From positions 1 to 64,000 of IMG/VR virus record IMGVR_UViG_3300027659_000009: a DNA stretch of 64,000 nucleotides; one strand, given 5' to 3'. The notes below the pieces were generated by a model. It saw only the letters and a list, made by a program, of their open reading frames with translations. It had not been told where the DNA came from and did not search any database. A program made the position numbers and the translations under genes. The DNA is from a virus. Shown here piece by piece: positions 12,283-21,828 of the stretch (position 1 is its first letter; each line of letters begins with the position of its first letter).

Positions 12283-14511
12283 ATGAGTTATATAAATAAA
12301 CAAAGTACTACCTTAGTAAGAGTAAAATTAACTGATATTGGTAGAGAACAATTAGCAAAAGGACAATTAACTTTCGCCAACTATATGATTGGTGATTCGG
12401 AGGTCGACTACAATTATGTAAAAGGTTGGAGTGAGTTTGTACCTAGTATTGGTGCGGCGACTGGAGAATTTTGGTTTCCAGAGGCAGATGGGAATATAGT
12501 TAAAAACATATATTCTAAAGTTTTACGACCTAAAGACGATAACCCATTCTTTTCTTCCTTTTTACTTAATCAGTCTAATCAGTTCATATTTCCACTTAAC
12601 CAACAGAGTAACATACAGTTAATAAAAGGTATTGTCACAAATGAAGCGGATGATAGAGGATTTTTCTCTGGTTCTACAGTTGATAGTGGTTTAGTTGTAC
12701 AAACTAACTCTAATTTTATTTTAGAACAAGGTACTATTAATTTAAATAATTTTAGTGGTGCTACTGATTATACTACATTTACACAGGGTGTTTTAACATT
12801 AAACACTCCATTAACTGCAACAAGTGTAAACGATTATATTATTTTTAGATTTAGTAACCCTACATTGGGTAATGTTACTGGTTCAACAATGACATCTGCT
12901 ACAATAAATACGGTTTATAATATAACCAACATTTCAGGATCAACCATTAAAGTGGATAGGGTATTACCAACACTTAGTGCATACTCAGGAACTATCATAA
13001 CTTATTATACATTACCTGGTGGTGATGACCCTATGGATACATATTACGGTGCTAGTAGTTTATCTGCGTATTGGAATTCAGGTACACTATCATTCCAAAA
13101 TAGTTGTGATATATGTGTAGATAACATTCCAGTTTGGAATATGAATAATGTTTGGACTGAAAATCCTGCGGGATTATATAAAGACTCACCTGTAAATTAT
13201 CATGAAAACAATCTATTTGGTTCAGAACAATTTGTGGGTACAAAACAATATTTAGGATATAATAGGGAAATAACTGTTACAAATACCAACTCAATGATGG
13301 ATAGTAAGAGTTATATGGATACATATAATAAATCTATTTCTATATTACACTACACTAATAGTTGTATTTCCAATTTCTACGGAGAACAATTCTATATTGA
13401 TGAGGAAACGGGTAAACTACTTAATTTAGATATACCTGTAATGTGGCATAGAAGAAACAATATCGGAACTGGTAGTGGTACGACATTAGGTATGAGATTT
13501 ACTTCAGACACTATTAGAAAAACATTATCGAGTAATAATGATATAGAGTATTATGATTTGATAGAATTCAGTGGTATGTCAGTTAGTCCTACATTACCAT
13601 TGGTGGTTGGTAAGGTTTTTCCACAACTTAAGATAGTTGTCATTGATAACGAAGAGTTAATCGCTGGAATGTCTTATAAGTCTAATAGAAACTATACTTT
13701 ACCTGATTTAGCGGCAGAATTACTATCACCTGTTAATGGTAACTGTACTGGCGTTTTAAAGGCGGGAGAGTCACTTTATTTAACATATTGGTTAGAAAAT
13801 GTAGGTACAGGTACAACTGGTACTACTACAGTTACTACACCAATACTACCTTGTCAAAGATATACTGTTATTGATAACAAAACTAATACGGACAAAGATG
13901 TCCAATTCAGAATAGGTAATTTAAATGAATTACCATATATGAGAAAAAGAGAAAATGTAAATTACGATGGTTTTGGATTTTTTGCAGATACATTTAAAGT
14001 GTTAGCACAAGTTGTTGATAAAACAACACAAAATAGACCATTATCTTCTAATTGGAAAGTAATTGATTTTACATCTACTAATATTACAGTAACCTCTGGA
14101 CAAACAATAAGTCCCTCATTATTTGAAAATCAAAATCCGAATACTACTGGATTTATTTTAACTGGTTCTTTATACACAGGAGGTACTACATTTAACTTAG
14201 GGGATGAATTAGATATGTCTACCGCTAGTTATTATGGTAAGATGACATTAGGTGACGAAAGGTTATTCTATGGTAACTTAAGAACTCACATAGGGGCAAC
14301 AATATATAAAACTTTGTTTAATATAACTGTTGATGGGGCTAGTATCGCATCCACTAGTAATTCTACCTTTGAATTTGGTGATGATAGATATGTAAGTGAG
14401 ATTGGGATATTAGATAATAATCAGAATTTGGTTTTAGTAGGTAAATTGTCGAGACCAATAAGAATTTCTGACTCTACAACCGCATCCATAGAATTAACAA
14501 TAGACTTTTAA
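12283..14511 (+). CDS. Baseplate/tail-fibre attachment protein (split DUF3751/P2 gpH N-terminal-like motifs)
   Basis: N-term VKLTDIGREQLAKG and C-term VSEIGILDNNQNLVLVGKLSRP; paralogous to next gene. Confidence 0.6.
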   Translation: MSYINKQSTTLVRVKLTDIGREQLAKGQLTFANYMIGDSEVDYNYVKGWSEFVPSIGAATGEFWFPEADGNIVKNIYSKVLRPKDDNPFFSSFLLNQSNQFIFPLNQQSNIQLIKGIVTNEADDRGFFSGSTVDSGLVVQTNSNFILEQGTINLNNFSGATDYTTFTQGVLTLNTPLTATSVNDYIIFRFSNPTLGNVTGSTMTSATINTVYNITNISGSTIKVDRVLPTLSAYSGTIITYYTLPGGDDPMDTYYGASSLSAYWNSGTLSFQNSCDICVDNIPVWNMNNVWTENPAGLYKDSPVNYHENNLFGSEQFVGTKQYLGYNREITVTNTNSMMDSKSYMDTYNKSISILHYTNSCISNFYGEQFYIDEETGKLLNLDIPVMWHRRNNIGTGSGTTLGMRFTSDTIRKTLSSNNDIEYYDLIEFSGMSVSPTLPLVVGKVFPQLKIVVIDNEELIAGMSYKSNRNYTLPDLAAELLSPVNGNCTGVLKAGESLYLTYWLENVGTGTTGTTTVTTPILPCQRYTVIDNKTNTDKDVQFRIGNLNELPYMRKRENVNYDGFGFFADTFKVLAQVVDKTTQNRPLSSNWKVIDFTSTNITVTSGQTISPSLFENQNPNTTGFILTGSLYTGGTTFNLGDELDMSTASYYGKMTLGDERLFYGNLRTHIGATIYKTLFNITVDGASIASTSNSTFEFGDDRYVSEIGILDNNQNLVLVGKLSRPIRISDSTTASIELTIDF

Positions 14512-14522
14512 AAAAATAAAAA

Positions 14523-15818
14523 ATGGGATTTATAAATAGTGCATCAACAATAACTGTAAAGGCGAGACTAACTAAGGTAGGTAGAGAAAAAATATTATTG
14601 AACAATAATAAAATTTTTTCCCACTTTACATTAGGGGATTCTGACGCAAATTATAACACTAGTGAAAAATTAACGACAGGATTAATACCGACAAACAGTG
14701 GTGATATCGGATATAATTTAAATACTAATGACAATATTTCTGAAAATGTTTTCATAAATAGTAAATTATATGTAACTGTTTCACCAAATACTAAAAAACA
14801 AGTTGAGCCTAACTCATCTACTATTAGTATGAATTCATTTAATGTTGGTGAGACAATAGTTAGTGGGACTTATTTAACATATAAAACTTTAGATAAAAGT
14901 GACACATCAAGTAAATTTACAAATTTATTTAAGAGTTTATCACTACCTGTGAGAAGTGTTGATACTAATATCTATACTGGCACCACATCTAGAAACGGTG
15001 GTTGGTCAGATACACCATTTAGTGGTTTAGGTGTTACTAATGTATTAATAGGTGTAATAGATAATAGTCAGTATGGGGAAATAATTGATGGTAAAAGTAT
15101 TAAAATAAAATTACCAGTATATACTGGTTTTACTAGTGGTGGAACTCCTACAGGATTAACTACTTATGAAATTTATAGTACATTCCCTAAAACAACAATA
15201 CCAAAAGCAACTTTAGATAGTCAGTTTAGAGATATAAGTTCATACCCTAAAGCGTTATTCGCAAACGACATCAATGTTTCATATTTGGTGTCAGACAAAA
15301 TACAAAAACCAAACAACGACTCATCAAAAAGTTGGTCAACTGGATATGACACATTTAAACCATTTAGTTTAAACGGTAAAGAATTGATAAACGTACAGAC
15401 AGTTGCGGATACAAAAATCTATTCAGATAAAATTGCTGGTGTAATGTATTTAGATAAAGGTATATTTGCAATTACTGATCCATATATTGTTAACAACATT
15501 GCTTTAAATTTTAGTGGGGCTACGGCTACAAATACTTTGAATAATGGTTTAGGACTTTACTATTATAGTGCTAGTACATATAATACGACAATAGATAGTA
15601 TACAAAATGATTTTGTACAAAACATAGTGTGTATTGCGGCTAGAGGAGAATTCTATAACTCACAAAACCAAACATTGACAGTAACCGATGATGTTAGGGT
15701 AAGTGAAATCGCAATAACAGATGTGGCGGGAAATATTTTGGCTATCGGTAAAACAGATCGACAAATAGTAAAAAAGAAAAATGATTTTGTTGTATTTGAT
15801 GTACAGATAATTATATAA
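14523..15818 (+). CDS. Paralog of the preceding baseplate/tail-fibre attachment protein
   Basis: N-term ARLTKVGREKIL..FTLGDSDANYN and C-term VSEIAITDVAGNILAIGK match 12283..14511. Confidence 0.6.
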   Translation: MGFINSASTITVKARLTKVGREKILLNNNKIFSHFTLGDSDANYNTSEKLTTGLIPTNSGDIGYNLNTNDNISENVFINSKLYVTVSPNTKKQVEPNSSTISMNSFNVGETIVSGTYLTYKTLDKSDTSSKFTNLFKSLSLPVRSVDTNIYTGTTSRNGGWSDTPFSGLGVTNVLIGVIDNSQYGEIIDGKSIKIKLPVYTGFTSGGTPTGLTTYEIYSTFPKTTIPKATLDSQFRDISSYPKALFANDINVSYLVSDKIQKPNNDSSKSWSTGYDTFKPFSLNGKELINVQTVADTKIYSDKIAGVMYLDKGIFAITDPYIVNNIALNFSGATATNTLNNGLGLYYYSASTYNTTIDSIQNDFVQNIVCIAARGEFYNSQNQTLTVTDDVRVSEIAITDVAGNILAIGKTDRQIVKKKNDFVVFDVQIII

Positions 15819-15835
15819 GTTAAAAAAAGTTTTTT

Positions 15836-16468
15836 ATGAGTAGAGTATTAGGGTTAGATGTGTCTACCAAAACAATAGGTATTTCACTTTTCGAAGATTT
15901 TGGGGAAAGTGGTAAATTACAATTACTTACACACATCACACCCAAAGTGAAACCAAATCCTAAAGATAATATAGAATTACTAATCAAAAAGGCACAAATA
16001 TTTCAATTTGAGTTCTTAGAAAAATATAGTGATATTGATATTAAAAGAGTTATTATTGAGGAACCATTAGTTAGGTCTAATAATGTAAATACGGTAGCAA
16101 CATTACTTAGGTTTAATGGTATGATTTGTAGATCAGTTTATGAAGTTTTAAATATAATACCTGAATTTATATCATCATACGATGCAAGAAAATTTGCGTT
16201 TCCAGAACTTATGCAAATAAGAAAGACTAATAAAAAAGGTGAAAATTATACAGAAAAAGAAATAGATGGTAAACAACCAGTTCTTTTTGGTGACTATGAT
16301 TTTGAAATTGATAAGAAAGTAATTATTTGGGAAAAGGTGAATAATAGAGAACCACAAATTGTGTGGATGTACGACAAACACCAAAAGTTAGTTAAAGAAA
16401 ATTACGATATGACTGATGCCTATGCATGTGTTTTAGGACAGATGAGAAAAGAAGGTAAGTGGGATTAA
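15836..16468 (+). CDS. RuvC-like Holliday junction resolvase (RNase H fold)
   Basis: VLGLDVSTKTIG, IIEEP, C-terminal YDMTDAY acidic catalytic motifs. Confidence 0.8.
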   Translation: MSRVLGLDVSTKTIGISLFEDFGESGKLQLLTHITPKVKPNPKDNIELLIKKAQIFQFEFLEKYSDIDIKRVIIEEPLVRSNNVNTVATLLRFNGMICRSVYEVLNIIPEFISSYDARKFAFPELMQIRKTNKKGENYTEKEIDGKQPVLFGDYDFEIDKKVIIWEKVNNREPQIVWMYDKHQKLVKENYDMTDAYACVLGQMRKEGKWD

Positions 16469-16495
16469 TATCGTTTAATTTACCGATAATTTAAT

Positions 16496-16523
16496 ATATC
16501 GTCTTTTTAGACGATATTTTTTT
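16496..16523 (+). terminator. Intrinsic terminator
   Basis: ATATCGTCT-TTTT-AGACGATAT hairpin followed by T-run. Confidence 0.75.
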
Positions 16524-16532
16524 GCCTTTTTT

Positions 16533-16563
16533 TTTGTTTATGTTAAAAAAATTACTATATTTG
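16533..16563 (+). promoter_or_regulatory. Bacteroidota-type primary-sigma promoter (-33 TTTG / -7 TAnnTTTG)
   Basis: TTTG-N19-TATATTTG just upstream of the primase ATG. Confidence 0.75.
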
Positions 16564-16571
16564 TAAAAGTT

Positions 16572-17522
16572 ATGTCAGAACTAATAGTTGAAATATTAGA
16601 AGGTATTTTAGGGAAACCTAAAAATCATCACAAAAGTAAGGGACAAATGTCCTTTGACTGTCCTGTTTGTTCTTATGAAATTAAAGGTTTAAGTAAAGGT
16701 GACGGTAAAGGTAATTTAGAGATAAACTATGAACATAATGTGTTTAAATGTTGGGCTTGTTCAGAAACCAATGATACGCACGGTAGTTTATATAAGTTAA
16801 TTAAAAATTACGGTAACAAAAATGATTTAAAACAATATAAATTAATTAATCCTGAACCTATAAAGGATAAACAAGTAAAAGAAAAGGTTGTATTAAAAGG
16901 ATTACCTAAAGAATTTATACCATTAAGTTTAGAAGATAGTAGTCAGGACTATAAACTTGCAATGGATTATTTGGTTAAAAGAAATATTAGTTTAGATACT
17001 ATTATAAAATATAATATAGGATTTTGTAGAACTGGTGAATATTCTAATAGGGTAATATTCCCTTCATACGACATTCACGATGATATTAATTACTTTTTAG
17101 GGAGAAGTTATGATAAGTATACTAAACTAAAGTATAAGAACCCAGATATCCCTAAAAGTGAAATTGTTTTTAATGAAGGTAAGGTAAATTGGGATGCGAA
17201 TATATATATTGTTGAGGGTGTTTTTGATCACATAGTAGTACCCAATAGTATTCCTATGTTAGGTAAAGTTATAAGTGATGAACTATTCACTAAATTAGTA
17301 AAAAGGGCTGAATGTAAAGTAATAATACTATTAGATTCTGATGCATACAAAGATGCAATAAACCTTTATAAAAAATTAAACTCTACTAAATTACGTAATA
17401 GAGTTTTAATAATAAAATTGCCTGATGGGTATGACATATCGGACATAAATCAAAGAATTGGAAAGAAAGGTGTGATAGATATATTGTCAACCGCAAAAAA
17501 AATAAAAGAAAGTTTAATATAA
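16572..17522 (+). CDS. DNA primase (Zn finger + TOPRIM)
   Basis: CPVC...CWAC Zn finger; IVEGVFD and LDSD TOPRIM motifs. Confidence 0.9.
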   Translation: MSELIVEILEGILGKPKNHHKSKGQMSFDCPVCSYEIKGLSKGDGKGNLEINYEHNVFKCWACSETNDTHGSLYKLIKNYGNKNDLKQYKLINPEPIKDKQVKEKVVLKGLPKEFIPLSLEDSSQDYKLAMDYLVKRNISLDTIIKYNIGFCRTGEYSNRVIFPSYDIHDDINYFLGRSYDKYTKLKYKNPDIPKSEIVFNEGKVNWDANIYIVEGVFDHIVVPNSIPMLGKVISDELFTKLVKRAECKVIILLDSDAYKDAINLYKKLNSTKLRNRVLIIKLPDGYDISDINQRIGKKGVIDILSTAKKIKESLI

Positions 17523-17527
17523 AAAAT

Positions 17528-17935
17528 ATGAAAAGTAAAATCTATTTGGATGATGTAAGAACACCAATACAGGGTGATTGGGTTGTAGTTCGAAATTATG
17601 ATGAGTTTGTGAAAAAAGTAGAAGAAATCGGTTTAGATAACATTGAAATTATTTCATTAGATCATGATTTGGGGGATACTGCGATCAATGAATGGCATAA
17701 AAATGTTTATTATAATTACGAATTAAATTATGAAAACATTACAGAAAAAACTGGTATGGATTGTACTAAATGGTTAGTAGAACAATGGTTAGACGGAAAA
17801 ACTGTTGTTGAAGTTGTTATCCACTCTGCCAATGCAATCGGTAGTGCAAATATGATGGGTTATATTAATAACTACAGACATATAAATAGATTACCTCAAA
17901 ATTGTGTTAGAGTTCAGATAGAACACACTGTTTAA
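17528..17935 (+). CDS. Cyclic-phosphate-processing receiver-like domain protein
   Basis: IYLDDVR, ISLDHDLG, TGMD, IHSAN motifs typical of this RNA-repair-associated REC family. Confidence 0.7.
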   Translation: MKSKIYLDDVRTPIQGDWVVVRNYDEFVKKVEEIGLDNIEIISLDHDLGDTAINEWHKNVYYNYELNYENITEKTGMDCTKWLVEQWLDGKTVVEVVIHSANAIGSANMMGYINNYRHINRLPQNCVRVQIEHTV

Positions 17936-18514
17936 TTACATTTGTTGATAAGGATTCATAACAAAGGATCTTATCTTTACTTTATCCCAATTCTTTAAAT
18001 CCTCACCGTTATTACCTAATAAAAGAATTGACATTGCTCTATGCCAACCTTCAATTAATTCGTATTTACCTGTGCGACTTCTTTCTACAATTATTGGTTC
18101 ATTCATACCAGTAGATGTAGCGATTCTTTTTTGAGTTTGCATCCTTTCTTCATCGTTAGGTACTAAATATGCATCAACATTACCAAAGTCCCTTTCTATA
18201 AATCCATTAACAGTTCTATCATCAAAGTCTTCTGGACTAACATTAAGTATTTCTAATTTCCAAGGACCTTTTAAAAATCTATCCCAATAACCACCATCAA
18301 ATCTCGCTAAAAATAAAATAGGATCACCATAATAATTTTTATTAATGTCTTCCATAGCGTTAACTGCAACATTATTAAAAAATATATCTTTTAAAACATA
18401 TTCTGGTGTACTACTATAGTATTTCCTTAACCTATCGTACATTTTTTTGTTGGTAGATGGTTCGTATTCTTTGTAAATGGGAATACCTTCTTTTAATATA
18501 TCTGAGAATTTCAT
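17936..18514 (-). CDS. ParB/sulfiredoxin-like domain protein with N-terminal ILKE leader
   Basis: EPIIV...YELIEGWHR motif; N-term MKFSDILKE. Confidence 0.6.
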   Translation of the reverse strand: MKFSDILKEGIPIYKEYEPSTNKKMYDRLRKYYSSTPEYVLKDIFFNNVAVNAMEDINKNYYGDPILFLARFDGGYWDRFLKGPWKLEILNVSPEDFDDRTVNGFIERDFGNVDAYLVPNDEERMQTQKRIATSTGMNEPIIVERSRTGKYELIEGWHRAMSILLLGNNGEDLKNWDKVKIRSFVMNPYQQM

Positions 18515-18521
18515 AACTATT

Positions 18522-19037
18522 TTATCTACTTGATATTATTTCACCAACTATACGCAACCCATCCCAATGACATTCTAAAGTACTTTTGAATCCCATTGCC
18601 TTACAATTTCTTTTTGTTCCTGCCACATTATTACCTGTACAATTATCACTATTAGTAGTACCTAATATATTATTTTTATTGACACCTGAGTTTGTCACAC
18701 TATCAAATGTACCTGATGAACAAGTATAAGGATCAACTATATACATTTTAGATTTATCTGTTACTAAAGATGCAATTGAATTAGATTTACTACAACCAGC
18801 ACTAAACAATACAACATAACAATTAGGGTTTCTTATTATAGATTCTTTCGCAGCCTTTACTTCAGTATAACGATGAGGTATCACAGTAAAATTATTACCT
18901 AACCCACTTTTTAATATTCCCGTTTGTTCTTTAATAGGTTTGTATTTAGAATCATCTCGCCCACCAACAAAAACTACAACTGGTTTAGTTAAATCTAACT
19001 CTTCTTTTAAAATTTTTTTTATAATATTTTTTATCAT
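18522..19037 (-). CDS. Small alpha/beta-hydrolase-like protein with head-protein-like leader
   Basis: VVFVGG, nucleophile-elbow-like LFSAG, late His; N-term MIKNIIKKILKEE. Confidence 0.45.
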   Translation of the reverse strand: MIKNIIKKILKEELDLTKPVVVFVGGRDDSKYKPIKEQTGILKSGLGNNFTVIPHRYTEVKAAKESIIRNPNCYVVLFSAGCSKSNSIASLVTDKSKMYIVDPYTCSSGTFDSVTNSGVNKNNILGTTNSDNCTGNNVAGTKRNCKAMGFKSTLECHWDGLRIVGEIISSR

Positions 19038-19483
19038 TTTTTCTCATTTATTGTTATTTCATGATCCCAAGTATCTCGAATATCTGACTCAACATTATCT
19101 TCATCTATTTGATATTCAGTTATCGCATATTCAAGCATTATTGGTAAATATGTACTATGATGATAATATTCATTATATATTACAGTCGCACCGTAATTTC
19201 TAACACCCTCATACATTTTTATTTCAGGTCTAATAACCTCACCATATATTTCAGGAAATGAACTTGTATACATCTCCCAGTTAAGACTAAAACTCGCATA
19301 AATAAAGTCAACCTCATCATCCTCAGTATGAGACAATTTGTCATGTATAAACATAAAAATGTCTTCATAGATAGATGTTTCATGAAATAAATCGGTAATC
19401 TCAAAAGATGGGTCATATTCTTTTATATGGTTATAGATTATCTTAAATATTTTTTTTAAATAAGTGTCTGTTAAATGAGTCAT
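19034..19483 (-). CDS. Hypothetical acidic protein
   Basis: 149-aa ORF, first gene of the minus-strand trio, overlaps next gene by 4 nt. Confidence 0.6.
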   Translation of the reverse strand: MTHLTDTYLKKIFKIIYNHIKEYDPSFEITDLFHETSIYEDIFMFIHDKLSHTEDDEVDFIYASFSLNWEMYTSSFPEIYGEVIRPEIKMYEGVRNYGATVIYNEYYHHSTYLPIMLEYAITEYQIDEDNVESDIRDTWDHEITINEKK

Positions 19484-19486
19484 AAT

Positions 19487-19515
19487 TTGTCTTTCTAATT
19501 AAATTTCAGTATAAT
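19487..19515 (+). promoter_or_regulatory. TTGnnn-N17-TATAAT class promoter
   Basis: TTGTCT-N17-TATAAT upstream of the exonuclease. Confidence 0.55.
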
Positions 19516-19538
19516 TGTTAATAATAAATATTATGCTA

Positions 19539-20450
19539 ATGGATATAATTAAGGAATTATCAAAATTTAATCATATAAAATACTACGATGAACCCCATAA
19601 ATATTACATTGACGGTGTTCAAACACTATCTTGTACTGGGTTTATCGGTAAATTTGAACATCATTTTGAAGATAATGTAGGTAAGGCAGATAAATGGGCG
19701 GAGAGACAGGGACATATATATGATGCCAAAAGTATGGCAGATAAATATGCCCATAAACAAAACTTCCTTCCGATGGAAGACGATCCTTACGGTAGACCAG
19801 ACTATTCAAAACCAAAACCAGAATCTGAATGGGTTACTGAATCAGACATAGATAAACTATGGAAATACAAAAATCATCATGCAACTTATGAGGGTTCTAC
19901 ACTACACGACTACATTGAAAATTATTTGAGTAATAAAATAAAACCATACCCTCAGTTTAGTCCTGAAGGATTAAAATTTGATGAAATTAAAGATACATTT
20001 GAAGTTATGAAGGGACATTTTCATAATTTTTATGAAGATACTGTTATTAAGGGTAAATTAATCCCTGTTAAGTCTGAGTTAGTGGTTGGGGATAGTGATT
20101 TATTGTTATGTGGAATGGTAGATCAATTATTTTGGAACGAAAGATATCAGTGTTTACAGATATGGGATTGGAAAACTAATACCACTCTTAGAATGAAGAA
20201 TGACTTCGGTAATAAAATGAAGGACTGTCTTTGGATGTTAGATGAATGTGAGTTTAATACTTATTCATTACAGTTATCTATATATAAGAAAATAATTGAA
20301 CGTAACACCAACTTAAAAATTGGTAGTTGTCACTTAGTATGGTTCAATGAGGAAAATGATAACTATAAAGTAATAAATTGTGATGATTTTTCCCATCACG
20401 TTGATAATATGTTTGAGGTGTTAAAAACTAATAAAGCATTTTTCAACTAA
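19539..20450 (+). CDS. PD-(D/E)XK (RecB/Cas4-like) exonuclease
   Basis: GSTLH, SE, GMVDQL, IWDWKT, YSLQLSIY motifs; start placed at MDIIKE (19533 also possible). Confidence 0.85.
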   Translation: MDIIKELSKFNHIKYYDEPHKYYIDGVQTLSCTGFIGKFEHHFEDNVGKADKWAERQGHIYDAKSMADKYAHKQNFLPMEDDPYGRPDYSKPKPESEWVTESDIDKLWKYKNHHATYEGSTLHDYIENYLSNKIKPYPQFSPEGLKFDEIKDTFEVMKGHFHNFYEDTVIKGKLIPVKSELVVGDSDLLLCGMVDQLFWNERYQCLQIWDWKTNTTLRMKNDFGNKMKDCLWMLDECEFNTYSLQLSIYKKIIERNTNLKIGSCHLVWFNEENDNYKVINCDDFSHHVDNMFEVLKTNKAFFN

Positions 20451-20453
20451 CTC

Positions 20454-20484
20454 TTTGAAATAATAAAAAAATATATTATATTTG
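20454..20484 (+). promoter_or_regulatory. Bacteroidota-type promoter
   Basis: TTTG-N19-TATATTTG. Confidence 0.7.
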
Positions 20485-20488
20485 TAAA

Positions 20489-21310
20489 ATGGTAAAAAAG
20501 TTATTCCATATTGCGGACTTACACTTTAGGACGTATAAAAGATTGGATGAGTCAGAGATAGTCTGTCAAAAATTTTTAGAAGAGGTTTCTACTTATATTA
20601 AAGATAATGAATTGGAACATAGTGAGGCTAGGATAGTAATTGCGGGTGATATAGTACACCAAAAAATTACGATTTCTAATGAACTATCTGTTTTAGTGAC
20701 TTGGTTTTTAGATGAGTGTACTAAACTTTGCCCAGTTATTGTCATTGCAGGTAATCACGATTTATTAGAAAACAATAAAGAAAGAGTTGACTCACTTACA
20801 CCTGTAATTGAAAAGAGAACATTTAGTGAACACGTATCCTACTTTAGGGAAAGTAAGTGTTACTTAGATGTTAATATTGTGTGGTGTGTTTACTCTATTT
20901 TTGAGGAGAACGCCATACCAAACATTAAGGAGGCTAAAAAACTATATGGTAAGGATAAAAAATATATTGGGTTGTTTCACGCACCTGTTAACGGTGCAAT
21001 TACTTCTGTAGGTTTTGAATTTGAAGATCATTCGGAATTAGAACAATTTGATGGTTGTGATGCGGTACTGATGGGTGACATTCATCATAGACAAAATTTC
21101 GTTAGAAAAGGTAGTAACATAACATACTGTGGTAGTTTGATACAACAAGATTTTGGGGAAAGAGTTAGTGGACACGGATACCTTGTTTGGGATGTAGAAC
21201 ATTTAGATTATACTGAACACGATATAAAGACAGATTATGGGTATTATGTTTTTAAAATAAATTCATTGGAAGATATTGAAAATGGGAGAGAATACTTAAC
21301 AAATTCGTAA
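20489..21310 (+). CDS. Mre11/SbcD (gp47-like) nuclease, phosphoesterase domain only
   Basis: ADLH, AGD, AGNHD, FH, MGDIH, YCGS motifs. Confidence 0.9.
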   Translation: MVKKLFHIADLHFRTYKRLDESEIVCQKFLEEVSTYIKDNELEHSEARIVIAGDIVHQKITISNELSVLVTWFLDECTKLCPVIVIAGNHDLLENNKERVDSLTPVIEKRTFSEHVSYFRESKCYLDVNIVWCVYSIFEENAIPNIKEAKKLYGKDKKYIGLFHAPVNGAITSVGFEFEDHSELEQFDGCDAVLMGDIHHRQNFVRKGSNITYCGSLIQQDFGERVSGHGYLVWDVEHLDYTEHDIKTDYGYYVFKINSLEDIENGREYLTNS

Positions 21311-21825
21311 TGGAAATACCTAAAAATTTAAAAGATGAAATATGGGAATATTGTCGTTTGAACGACATATCAAACATAGATGAATTTATCATTAAAATGA
21401 TACGTCAAGGTTATACTATTGAAAAATTCGGTTCAACACCCTTAGGTGGTAATGAAGTAAAAGAAATCGAAAAGATAGTAGAAGTCATCAAAGAGGTACC
21501 TGTTGAGAAAATTATCGAAAAAGAAATTTTCATAACTGACGATATACAGATTACTGAGTTGACTAATAAACTAACACAGTTAGAGGAAGAGAAGAGAATA
21601 TTTTCCACTAAAACTACCGAAATCGGTACAATTAGACAAGAATTTTCCACTAAAATCAAAGAAATGGAAAATATTTTTCATGATAAGTTATCATTAAAGG
21701 ATAATGAATTGGAAAAACTTAAATCAGAATTAGAATCCGAAAAGAAAAAAATAAAAAATAAAACTGATTTATATGGTGACGAAAAAAAAGGTGGATGGTT
21801 TGGATCTAATATTTTAAGAAAATAA
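21310..21825 (+). CDS. Coiled-coil protein with VEKIVE-type repeats lying between Mre11 and Rad50
   Basis: KEIEKIVEVIKEVPVEKIIEKEI; heptad pattern. Confidence 0.65.
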   Translation: MEIPKNLKDEIWEYCRLNDISNIDEFIIKMIRQGYTIEKFGSTPLGGNEVKEIEKIVEVIKEVPVEKIIEKEIFITDDIQITELTNKLTQLEEEKRIFSTKTTEIGTIRQEFSTKIKEMENIFHDKLSLKDNELEKLKSELESEKKKIKNKTDLYGDEKKGGWFGSNILRK

Positions 21826-21828
21826 TAT

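Noticed and set aside
19539-20450. CRISPR-associated Cas4
   Set aside because: No four-Cys Fe-S pattern, array or other cas genes; an ordinary phage PD-(D/E)XK exonuclease in replication context.
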